From Azolla caroliniana (lineage: Eukaryota; Plantae; Polypodiophyta): a stretch of 64,000 bases of DNA. The DNA is taken from the NCBI GenBank assembly GCA_043228905.1, contig JBHGNT010000001.1, positions 7,874,001-7,938,000 of the forward strand. The letters run 5' to 3'. The translations under genes were made by a program, and so were the position numbers. This document shows, piece by piece, positions 11,824-23,445 of the stretch (the first letter of the stretch is position 1; each line of letters opens with the position of its first letter). Below the pieces are notes generated by a model. The model searched no databases. It was not told where the DNA came from and saw only the letters and a list, made by a program, of their open reading frames with translations.

Positions 11824-14800
11824 TTACCCGCCCGTCGGTTCTTCCTCGGTTTCGGATCGTTCGTCGTCGCGGTCCAGGTTAACCGGATCCGGCTCGTCGT
11901 CGTGTTGCTTCTTGAACGCTTTGATCCGTTTCCCAGCTACCGGTATCGCTATTCTCGTGCCGTCGAGTTCCGCTAGACGGTACGTCCCGTTGTCGTTGGC
12001 GCTTTGTACCACGTAAGGCCCGAACCACCTTCTTGCGAACTTCCGTGTCGCTCGGTGCTGGTTGTCGAGGCTGCTGCCGTAGACTAGCACCCAGTCTCCT
12101 TCCTCAATCTTTTTCGGTCGGAGCCGGTGCGTCCGGTCGAACCGGGCTTTGTTACTCGTCCTTGCCACCCGAAGCTTTCCTGCAGCCTGCTCCACGTCCT
12201 CCGGTCTTCGCTCGAGCTATCGTATACGCGCCGCCAACAGTTCCTCTCGGCTCATCTCGTCTTTCCAGTCCACGGTTGCCCACGAGGAGATCGTATGTTC
12301 CATCGGCATGATCGGCTTCTGCCCAAACATGAGCTCTGCCGGCATGAATCCGGTTACCGAACTGTGCGTAGTTTGGTCAACCCACAACGCGTAAGGCAGC
12401 AGCCGCGGCCAGTTCCCGACTTGACCTCCGCATGCCCGAACTAACGCCTTGACGATCGGTCCGTGTCCGCGCTCCACCTTTCCATTCGCCTCCGGATTGT
12501 ACGCAATGGTAAGCGAGAGCTTGACTCCTAGCCGGTCGAATAGCTCCTCGGCCTCTTCGGCGTCCAACTCCCCGCGATCAGCCACGATCTTCTCGATGCA
12601 CCCGTACCGGCATATCACGTCCTCGATCAGGAACCGACATACGGCTGCGGTAGTTTTGTTCTGAAGAGCTCGGCCTTCCACCTGGTTCGTCAGATCTTCC
12701 CAAGCCAGGACCAGATACCGCATCTGTCCTACCCCCATCGGCATCGTCACCAGGTCTACCATCCATTTGAAGTGGATGGTCGGCGGGTACGTAGGGTGAA
12801 GCCCGTCCCGATGTCGGACTACGGAGTGTATCTGACAGCTCTCGCAAGTTGTCACGAACCGATGCACGTCCCGGTACAGTCCCGGCCACCAATACTTCCC
12901 CTTTATCTTCTCGAACGTGGCCCACGTTCCACCGTCTCCAGCCCAAGGGCTCTCGTGGTAGGCCGTCAGCAGCTCCTCCTGTTCTTCCTTCATTGCCACC
13001 ACCCGGAGCGGGACGCCGCTCCTCTTCTTCGGGTGCTTCCATAAGTATCCGTCCCGGAGACAGAATCGGTATGCTTTCTTCCGGATCCGGTTAGTCTCGT
13101 CCTTCGTCCATGACGCATCTGGCGTCATTGTCCTCAAGAAACCACCGATCTGAAGCCACTCGCCGTCGTACTTGCTCTCGTCAAAGCCGTTAAGTGCCAG
13201 AGTGCTCGTCCCATCGGTCGTCACGTACGCTGCCTCGAAGAAGTCCACCCCGACTTCTTCGTCCTCCGAAACCATGCCGCCCTCGTCATCAAACCTCGCC
13301 CTCGAAAGCATGTCGGCCATGGCGTTGTCCTTTCCGGAAATGTGTCGTATTTCCGGGTCCAGGGACTTGATGTTTGCTATCCACCTGAGCATCGCCAGGT
13401 CCGGTGTCGCGCATCCGGAAACCATGCCGAGAATTGGCAGGCAATCCGTCTCGATAATCACTTCCGTCCCGATCAGGTAGTCTTTGTCGGCCTTTACTGC
13501 CGAAACGATACCCCAGAGTTCGCGTTTAACCTGGGCGTACCCTCGTTGTCGCTCGCTGAGGACCTTTGCGCCGAATCTGATCGGGAACCTAATGCCGTCC
13601 TCGTTTTCTTGGTTGACGACCCAGCCGATCCCGGTCGGACTCGTATCCACCGTTATGTATACCGGGGTACCCTCTCGTAGACAGCCTTCCGGAGCGCCGG
13701 TGCTGCCGCAAGAGCTTCCTTCAGCTTCCGGACCGACTCCGTGTGCTCGTCTCGCCACTCGAATTTTCGCTCCTTCTTCAGCAACCCGTATAGCGGTTTC
13801 GCAACGTGGGCGTAATGCGGGATCCATATGTGGTAGAATGTGCATGCCCCCAGGAACCTCTGAACCTCCGTAACCGAGCTACAGTCGGTCTTCATCGCGG
13901 AGATGGCTTCTACTTTTGCCGGAGACGGCTTCCGGCCATAGGGTGCACAGAGGTGTCCGACCACCAGGATTTCTGATTGCCCGAAGGCCGATTTCTCCCC
14001 GGAGAAGGTGAGCCTCGCATCCTCTAACCTTTGTAGCACCTTCTCGCAGTCGTCGATGTGTGTTGCCACGAACTGCCGGCATCTGTCCGGCCCGAGTTTC
14101 CCATCCTTCTCTACCACCGGGCACCCTTTGATCGGGATGTCGTCTAGAAATGGCATGGTGATGTCCGGGATGCAATCCCTCAGTACCTTGTTCATTGCAT
14201 TCACCATGTGGACCACCAAGTTGGTCCCTCCTTGTGGCAGGGTACACATTCGCACTAGGCCTAGGGGAGTTCGCATCGTCGTAATGTCTCTGCTCTCCAC
14301 GGCTAGCTGGAACTGGTCGTACCCCAAGTACAGATCTCCGACCGAGTAAATCGACCGCCCCCACCGATTTTGAGCTCCCGGAGCGTCCCGTCGGTGAAGG
14401 TATGTCCTATGCAGGCCGGATCTCGCAAACTTGGGTCCGACGCAACCCCTCTGATTCGGCACTCGCTGCCCTCCGGTAAGGGTGCCGCGACTGGCCTTAC
14501 CTTCCGGTCCACAGTCTTGTACTTCGTGCTAACTCGGGCCGTCCGATCCGATCGGAGCCCCTGACAGAAGTTCGCGATGACTTCGTACATCTCTTCGGAA
14601 CATACCAGTATCGTCCGGTCTTCGTTAAGGTCTTCTTCGGCTACCTTCCTCAGCATCCCCAAGGTGTCGTCGAAGGAGACCGCCTCCACGGCTCCGCTGA
14701 TTTCCTCGTCCGGGCCGAGAACTCCGCACGCTTGAAATCGCTCTTCCGCCCTTCCCTTTTCTCGGCCAACGATGCCGACTATCATACACCCTCCATTGTT

Positions 14801-17046
14801 GGAGAAGCAAAATTTTTTACTTATCGTACAGGGTTTCTTCGGTTTCGGTTCTATCGTACAACTGTGGGGTCTTTCCCGAGTGTCCGGGCTGTCTCGGCCC
14901 CACGCCTCGGCAGCCCTCTCTAAACATCCCCCCGGTTCTTGCCACCGAGGGATTCACGGTTTTGCTCGTGGTTCGGTCGTATCGTCAGAAATTGGACCGA
15001 ATGGCGCCCGTCCTGGCTTTTGACCCTCGCGTAGGCCAAACCGTTGTCCAGCACATTAGTCTCCATTCACGCCACCGTGATGTATGGTTCCCCTAATATG
15101 ACCGGGTGCGAGGACATCTCCTGTACGAAGAAGTGCTGGTCAATCTCGACGTCGCCGATCTTGACTCGCACGTTCAGGCAGGCCCCGTGCAGTTCCTCGG
15201 TGGCGCGCGTCCCCGCCCGTATCTTCCACCCGTGCTTGGTGTTGATCGGCCACTTTCCCTTCTTATAGAAGTCCATGGACATTAGGTTTATTACCGAACC
15301 GTGGTCCACCAGTGCCACCACCGGTTCCTGAACATCTCCGATCTTTACCGGGGTCTCCGTGGTCGCTCGGGCCTAGTGTGGCCTCGAAAAGTGGCTCTCC
15401 GCCCACTCATCTTCCAGCGCCAAGTCGTCGATGTGTGTCGTCCGCACCTCCACCGGTCTTTCCGGTTCCGTCTGCGTCGACAGCCTCTTCCGTTTCACCA
15501 AGTCCACAATGGAGTTGTGGAACTCCTTCTTGGCGATCCCTAGCACCTCCCGTAATGACAGCTCCACTTTGATGTCGAGGATCCATTCTTCTAGGACCTT
15601 TCGGAGGTCCGCGGTCCTTTGTATTTCCGTCCCCAGTCGGTATCCGCCCTTCCTGGGGTTATCTTGCGCGCTGGACCCATCGGCTTCGTTCCATCGTTGC
15701 CCGAATCGGGTCTCGTATCGTTGCGAGGGCTCGGCCGCTCCGGCTTTCCCCACTCGTTTGTCCTCTACCAGAGCCTCGTAGTTCCGGCAGGCGGCTTCTA
15801 CGAAGCCCGTCTTTTCCTCGACCGGGTCGCTCCACCCGGTTATTTCCCGGACCCGTCTCTCGGCGTGGTCCGCTTCATCTTTCCTCAGCCGTGCATCGGC
15901 GAGGCCTTCCAGCATTGCCGACCAGAACCCGTCCTTGCTCTCCTTCCGGGCCTCGCTGCCTCCGACCCGAATACCGGCTGACGCCGAGTAGTGGATGGCC
16001 TCCACGTGTTGGTCCACTGCCTCTTCCATCAGTCTCTTCATACCTCCTCGCCCGTCGTTTCGGTTTAGGGCCCTTCTGGTATCGCCGGTGTGCACCCGGC
16101 CTTCCCATAGGTACACCACCCGGTTCCTCAACGCCTCTGCGAAATCGCCGCAGTCCTTCTGAATATGGCCGACCGCGTCGCACCACATGCACCTGTTCCC
16201 GGCTGCCGGCCGTCGGTCACGAGCCGGTTCGCCGCCTTCCCTTCGAGCCTGGGCGATCTGGAGAGTCTTTATCGCCCGCGTCAACTCCTCCAGCGCTGCT
16301 CCTCCGGACGAGCCATTGACCATGCCGGTCGAAGCCGAACCGGTTTTGAGCCACTCCCGGGTCTCTTCCCTTCGCCCTTGCGGTGCCGGTTCAAGCCTCC
16401 TTGCTGTGACCGATCACGGACCGGCCGCCCCGTTATCAGCCCATTCTCACCGTTTGTCGAAACGGCCACAGACTCTCTTAACCGCAGCCCAGTCGGTCGT
16501 CAGCTCGTCTTCGGTTTCCAGCAAGGAGCCGACTTGATCCCGGTCCCGCTCGTCCACCGACTTGACGAATAGTAGGACCCGGCTCGTATCTAGAACGGTT
16601 CGATCAAGCACCGAAAGGCACGCAAAGCGTTCCTCAAACTCCCGGAGGAGTGCCGACGCGTTTCTTCCCTTGCCGGGGGACTCCACCCATTCCATGAAGT
16701 CCCGTTTCGAAAGCCGGAGCGCGTCGTCCAGCCCGTATTTCTCTAGGAGTCGGCCTTCGAACTCCTCCTAGGTACGGCTCTCTGCCCGTACCTCGAGCAC
16801 CTCCCCGTGGATGCTCGGCATCGCCACTCGAGGGAACCCGGCAAGACGCCTCTCTTCCGGAATGTCCCGCATCAGCTTTTCTGCCCCGTAGAACGCCAAA
16901 TACTTCGTGGCATCCTTTCAGCTGAACCGGCTGATCGTACCGACGACCACCTCAATGGTTCTGTCGAGGGCGCCGGTGCCCTCCCGTGCGCTCAATATCC
17001 GATCCACGGCCGAAGCCATGGCCTCTGCAAGATCCGACCCCTTCAT
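11824..17046 (-). pseudogene. Decayed gag-PR-RT-RH-INT of element B
   Basis: ORF pieces 15373..16323 (CMWCDAVGHIQKDC), 15067..15321 (LVDHGS protease), 13653..14462 (FLDD RT), 12217..13845 (RH-INT), 11824..12195. Confidence 0.9.
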
Positions 17047-17068
17047 CTTCTGCTCTTTTGCCGCTTCG

Positions 17069-17086
17069 TTCACGTCGGGTTCACCA
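17069..17086 (-). promoter_or_regulatory. Primer-binding site complementary to the tRNA-Trp 3' end
   Basis: Minus strand TGGTGAACCCGACGTGAA, 3 nt from the 5' LTR; matches the plant tRNA-Trp 3' end ...TTCACGTCGGGTTCA-CCA as recalled; second copy at 22777-22794. Confidence 0.85.
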
Positions 17087-17731
17087 AGATGTCGAGGTAT
17101 TCCTCGCGGATGCGTGGAATGAGGCGGGACCTCGGGGGTCTTGTACCGAAGAGCAACAGGGAAAGGAGAAAGGGAAGGGACCCACTACGTGCGAGCGTTG
17201 ATCCACAGGGACACGGCCCTTCGACACGAAGACGCGAGCGGGGAAACCAACACAGAGAGGCACAAAGGTATGTAAATATATATTGACAGAGACAAACAAC
17301 AAGAAGCACGAAATCGGTTACAACCGAACAGGCCGGCGAATACATGCCGATGCCTGTTCGCAAACGCTCAGAAGGAAAGGAGTAGGTTGGAGGTGCTGCC
17401 GAAAGCACTCGGGCATTCCTCAGAGCAGCGCGAGCCTCCCGAAAACCTGCACAGAAAGAAGCTACAGAGAGTATGGAAGAGAGAGAAGCCTTCGACCGAC
17501 AACCCGACAACACTTCGTCCCCTCTAACTGCGATCCCTTTCCTCTTCCCTGTCTCCCTCCTTTTATAGGCAAGAAAGGAGCCGTTTCCCATTAACTTCCT
17601 ACCTACCTAATCTACCCATCTAGGATCTTCTATGTACCTAATTCTCTCTTTGTACAACATAAGACGTACGTGCATGAAGAGCCGGTTCCTACGCTCCGGT
17701 TCACCGATTCCGCTTGTGGACGGTTTTCTTC

Positions 17732-20700
17732 CGCAGTGGTAAGCGAGAGCTTGACTCCTAGCCGGTCGAACAGTTCCTCGGCCTCTTCGGCGTCCAACTC
17801 CCCGCGATCATCCACGATCTTCCCGATGCACCCGTACCGGCATATCACGTCCTCGATCAGGAACCGACATACGGCCGCAGTCGTTTTGTTCTGAAGGGCT
17901 CGGCCTTCCACCTGGTTCATCAGATCCTCCCGAGCCAGGACCAGATACCGCATCTGTCCTACCCCCATCGGCATCGTCACCAGATCTACCATCCATTTGA
18001 AGTGGATGGTCGGAGGGTACGTAGGGTGAATCTCGTCCTGATGTCGGATTATGGAGTGCATCTGACAGCTCTCGCAAGTTGTCACGAACCGATGCACATC
18101 CCGGTACAGTCCCGGCTACCAGTACTTCCCCTTTATCTTCTCGAACGTGGCCCACGTTCCACGGTGTCCAGCCCAAGGGCTGTCGTGGTAGGCCGTCAGC
18201 AGCTCCTTCTGTTCTTCCTTCATTGCCACCACCCGGAGCGGGACTCCGTTCCTCTTCTTCGGGTGCTTCCATAAGTATCCGTCCCGGAGACAGAATCGGT
18301 ATGCTTTCTTCCGGATCCGGTTAGTCTCGTCCTTCGTCCATGACGCATCTGGCGTCATTGTCCTCAAGAAACCACCGATCTGAAGCCACTCGCCGTCGTA
18401 CTTGCTCTCGTCAAAGCCGTTAAGTGCCAGAGTGCTCGTCCCATCGGTCGTCACGTACGCCGCCTCGAAGAAGTCCACGCCAACTTCTTCGTCCTCCGAA
18501 ACCATGCCGCCCTCGAAAGCATGTCGGCCATGGTGTTGTCCTTTCCGGAAATGTGTCGTATTTCCGGGTCCCGGGACTTGATGTACGCTATCCACCTGAG
18601 CATCGCCAGGTCCGGTGTCGCGCATCCGGAAACCATGCCGAGAATTGGCAGGCAATCCGTCTTGATAATCACTTCTATCCCAATCAGGTAGTCTTTGTCG
18701 GCCTTTATTGCCGAAACGATACCCCAGAGTTTGCGTTTAACCTGGGCGTACCCTCGCTGTCGCTCACTGAGGACCTTTGCACCGAATCAGATCGGGAACC
18801 TAATGCCGTCCTCGTTTTCTTGGTTGACGACCCATCCGATCCCGGTCGGACTCGTATCCACCGTTATGTATACCGGGGTACCCTTCTCGTAGACAGCCTT
18901 CCGGAGCGCCGGTGCTGCCGCCTGAGCTTCCTTCAGCTTCCGGACTGACTCCGTGTGCTCGTTTCGCCACTCGAATTTTCGCCCCTTCTTCAGCAACCCG
19001 TATAGCGGCTCCACAACGTGGGCGTATTGCTGGATCCATATGTGGTAGAATGCGCATGCCCCCAGGAACCTCTGAACCTCCGTAACCGAGCTACAGTCGG
19101 TCTTCATCGCGGAGATGGCTTCTACTTTTGCCGGAGACGGCTTCCGGCCATAGGGTCCACAGAGGTGTCCGACCACCAGGATTTCTGATTGCCCGAAGGC
19201 CGATTTCTCCCCAGAGAAGGTGAGCCTCGCATCCTCTAACCTTTGTAGCACCTTCTCGCAGTCGTCGATGTGTGTTGCCACGAACTGCCGGCATCTGTCC
19301 GGCCCGAGTTTCCCATCCTTCTCTACCACCGGGCACCCTTTGATCGGGATGTCGTCTAGAAATGGCATGGTGATGTCCGGGATGCAATCCCTCAGTACCT
19401 TGTTCATTGCATTCACCATGTGGACCACCAAGTTGGTCCCTCCTTGTGGCAGGGTACACATTCGCACTAGGCCTAGGGGAGTTCGCATCGTCGTAATGTC
19501 TCTGCTCTCCACGGCTAGCTGGAACTGGTCGTACCCCAAGTACAGATCTCCGACCGAGTAAATCGACCTTCCGGCGAAGGCCTCAGCGAACTCGTCTATG
19601 GTCGGTCCGATTCCTACGTTCCGAATGGTCACTCTGTTGACGGGCTGCAGGTCTTGAATGAAGCGCAATGTTCCGTTTTTCTTTGGTACGGTAAACCACC
19701 GGTTCGAGTATGGGGCATTTGACGGTTAGAGAATGCCCATATCGACTTTCTGGCTCAATAGCTCCATCAAATTCGGGATGTGAGCTCTCGGTACTGGAAT
19801 CGGCTTGAGATTCCATGGTACATGCGGTACCGTGAATATCACCATCGGCTCCACGATTGTCGGGTCTACGCACCCGATCTCTTCCGGTGAGAATGCGAAG
19901 GCTTTCCCGTGCCTTTAGAGCATCCTCCGAAACCGGTCTTTTTCCGCCGGCAGTAGGAACCGCCCCCACCTATTTTGAGCTCCCGGAGCGTCCCGTCGGT
20001 GAAGGTGTGTCCTATGCGGACCGGATCTCGTAAGCTGGGGTCTGACACAACCCCTCTGATTCGGGACTCGCTGCCCTCCGGTAAGGGTGTCGCGATTGGC
20101 CTTACCTTCCGGTCCACAGTCTTGTATTTCGTGCTAACTCGGGCCGTCCGATCCGACCGGAGCCCCTGACTGAAGTTCGCGATGACTTCGTACATCTCTT
20201 CGGAACATACCGGTATCGTCCGGTCTTCGTTAAGGTCTTCTCCGGCTACCTTCCTCAGCATCCCCAAGGTGTCGTCGAAGGAGACCGCCTCCACGGCCCC
20301 GCTGATTTCCTCGTCCGGGCCGAGAACTCTGCACGCTCGAAGTCGCTCCTCCGCCCTTGCCCTTTCTCGGCCAACGATGCCGACTATCATACACCCTCCG
20401 TTGTTGGAGAAGCAGAATTTTCTACCTATCGTACAAGGTTTCTTCGGTTTCGGTTCTATCGTACAGCTGTGGGGTCTTTCCCGAGTGTCCGGACTGTCTC
20501 GGCCCCACGCCTTGGCAGCCCTCTCTAAAAATCCTCTCGGTTCTCGCCACTGAGGGATTCGCGGTTTCGCTCGTGGTTCGGCCGCACCGTTAGAAATTGG
20601 ACCGAATGGCGCCCGTCCTGGCTTTTGACCCTCGCGTAGGCCGAACCGTTGTCCAGAACCTTGGTCTCCATTCGCGCCACCGTGATGTATGGTTCCCCTA

Positions 20701-22756
20701 ATATGACCGGGTGCGAGGACGTCTCCTGTACGAAGAAGTGCTGGTCAATCTCGACGTCGCCGATCTTGACTCGCACGTTCGGGCAGGCCCCGTGCAGTTC
20801 CTCGATGGCGCGCGTCGCCGCCCGTATCTTCCACCCGTGCTTGGTGTTGATCGGCCACGTTCCCTTCTTATGGAAGTCCATGGACATTAGGTTTATTTCT
20901 GAACCGTGGTCCACCAGTGCCACCACCGGTTCCTAAACACCTCCGATCCTTACCGGGGTCTCCGTGGTCGCTCGGGCCCAGTGTGGCCTCGAATAGTGGC
21001 TCTCCGCCCACTCATCTTCCAGCGCCAAGTCGTCGATGTGCGTCGTCCGCACCTCCACCGGTCTTTCCGGTTCCGTCTCCGTTGACAGCCTCTTCCGCTT
21101 CACCAAGTCCACAATGGAATCGTGGAACTCCTTCTTAGCGATCCCTAGCACCTCCCGCAATGACAGCTCCACTTTGCTGTCGAGGATCCGTTCTTCTAGG
21201 ACCTTTCGTAGGTCCGTGGCCCTTTCTATTTTCGTCCCCAGTTGGTATCCGCCCTTCCTGGGGTTATCTTGCGCGCTGGACCCACCGGCTTCGTTCCGTC
21301 GTTGCCCGAATTGGGTCTCGTATCGTTGTGAGGGCCCGGCCGCTCCGGCTTTCCCCACTTGTTTGTCCTCTACCAGAGCCTCGTAGTTTCGGCAGGCGGC
21401 TTCTACGAAGCCCGTCTTTTCCTCGACCGGGTCGCTCCACCCGGTTATTTCCCGAACCCGTCTCTCAGCGCGGTCCGCTTCATCTTTCCTCAGTTGTGCG
21501 CCGGCGAGGCTTTCCATCATTGCCGACCAGAATCCGTCTTTGCTCTCCTTTCAGGCCTCGCTGCCCCCGACCCGAATGCCGGCCGACCCCGAGTAGTGGA
21601 TGGCCTCCACGTGTCGGGCCGCTGCCTCTTCCATCAGTCTCTTCATACCTCCTCACCCGTCGTTTCGGTTTAGGGCCCTTCTGGTGTGCACCCGGCCTTC
21701 CCACAGGTACACCACCCGGTTCCTCAACGCCTCTGCGAAATCGCCGCAGTCCTTCCGGATGTGGCCGACCTCGTCGCACCACATGCACCTGTTCCCTACT
21801 GCCGGCCGTCGGTCACGAGCCAGTTCGCCGCCTTCCCTTCGGGTCTGGGCGATCTGGAGATCCTTTATCGCCCGCGTCAACTCCTCCAGCGTTGCTCCTC
21901 CGGACGAGTCATTGACCATGCCGGCCGGAGCCGAACCGGTTTCGAGCCACTCCCGGGTCTCTGCCCTTCGCCCTTGCGGTGCCGGTTCAAGCCTCCTTGC
22001 TATGACAGAGCCCGCACCGCCCGCCCTATTGTCAGCCCATTCTCTCCGTTTGTCGAAACGACCACAGACTCTCTTAACCGCAGCCCTTGCGGTGCCGGTT
22101 CAAGCCTCCTTGCTATGACAGAGCCCGCACCGGCCGCCCTATTGTCAGCCCATTCTCTCCGTTTGTCGAAACGACCACAGACTCTCTTAACCGCAGCCCA
22201 GTCGGTCGTCAGCCCTTCTTCGGTTTCTAGCAAGGAGCCGACTTGATCCCGGTCCCGCTCGTCCACCAACTTGACGAACAATACGACCCGGCTCGTATCC
22301 AGAACGGTTCGGTCAAGCGCCGAAAGGCGCGCAAAGCGCTCCTCAAACTCCCGGAGGAGTACCGACGCGTTTCTTCCCTTGCCGGGGACTCCACCCATTC
22401 CATGAAGTCCCGTTTCGAAAGCCGGAGCGCGTTGTCCAGCCCGTATTTTTCTAGGAGTCGGCCTTCGAACTCCTCCTAGGTACGGCTCTCCGCCCGTACC
22501 TCGAGCACCTCCGAATGGATGCTCGGCATCGCCACTGGAGGGAACCCGGTAAGACGCCTCTCTTCCGGAATGTCCCGCATCATCATTTCCGCCCCGTAGG
22601 ACGCCAAATACTTCGAGGCATCCTTCCCGCTTAACCGGCCGATCGTACCGATGACCACGTCAATGGCTCTGTCGAGGGCGCCGGTGCCCTCGCGTGCGCT
22701 CAATATCCGATCCACGGCCGAAGCCATGGCCTCCGCAAGATCCGACCCCTTCATCT
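17732..22756 (-). pseudogene. Decayed gag-PR-RT-RH-INT(N) of element A
   Basis: ORF pieces 22476..,21653..21919 (CCHC), 20525..20926 (LVDHGSEINL), 18787..19668 (FLDD), 18116..18655, 17630..18097. Confidence 0.9.
21970..22199. repeat. 113-bp tandem duplication inside gag of element A
   Basis: GCCCTTGCGGTGCCGG...CTCTTAACCGCA starts at 21970 and again at 22083; absent from element B. Confidence 0.9.
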
Positions 22757-22797
22757 TTTGCTCTTCTGCCGCCTCCTTCATGTCGGGTTCACCAAGA

Positions 22798-23445
22798 TGT
22801 CGAGGTATTCCTTGCGGATGCGTGAAATGAGGCGGGACCTCGGGGGTCTTGCACCGAAAAGCAAGAGAGAAAGGAGAAGGGAAGAGACCCACTACGTGCG
22901 AGCGTAGATTCTCAGGGACATGGCCCTCGACACAAAGACGCGAGTGGGACACCGACGCAGAGAGACACGAATGTATGTATATATATATTAGCAAGGACAA
23001 ACAACAAGAAGCACAATGTCGGTTACAACCGAACAGGCCGGCGAACAGATGCCGATGCCTGTTCGTAAACGCTCAGAAAGAAAGGAGTAGGTTGGAGGTG
23101 CTGCCAGAAGCACTCGGGCATTCCTCAGAGCAACGCGAGCCTCCCGAAAACCTGCACAGGAAGAAGCTACGAAGTATGGCAGAGAGAGAAGCCTTCGGCC
23201 GACAACCCGACAACACTTCGTCCTCTCTAACCGCGATCCCCCATTTTCCTCCTCCCCGTCTCCCTCCTTTTATAGGCAAGAAAGGAGGCGTTTCCCATTA
23301 ACTTCCTACCTACCGAATCTACCTACCTAGGATCTTCTATGGACCTAATTCTCTCTTATGTACAACATAAGGCATACGTGCATGAAGAGCCGGTTCCTAC
23401 GCTCCGGTTCACCGATTCCGCTTGTGGACGGTTTTCTTCACGACA
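22798..23445 (-). repeat. 5' LTR of element A
   Basis: Pairs with 9695-10342; adjacent to Trp PBS; ACGT TSD at 23446-23449. Confidence 0.95.

Larger units (their letters stand above)
11100..17731 (-). mobile_element. Fungal-like gypsy element B nested in the integrase of A (internal RT deletion near 14355)
   Basis: LTRs at 11100-11747 and 17090-17731 (last ~6 nt lost); PBS at 17069-17086; host integrase frame TTA|YNPEANG is split at the insertion. Confidence 0.94.
9695..23445 (-). mobile_element. Full-length fungal-like gypsy element A (decayed) carrying nested element B
   Basis: 648-bp LTRs at 9695-10342 and 22798-23445; 4-bp TSD ACGT; tRNA-Trp PBS; PPT; gag-PR-RT-RH-INT remnants with stops and frameshifts. 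Confidence 0.95.

Noticed and set aside
17069-17086. tRNA gene
   Set aside because: Only an 18-nt 3'-end match acting as a PBS; no cloverleaf. The same applies to the Arg and Met matches.
9673-23301. Many 70-250 aa overlapping or antisense ORFs, including ORFs within LTRs
   Set aside because: Shadow frames of GC-rich gypsy sequence; their boundaries vary between copies.
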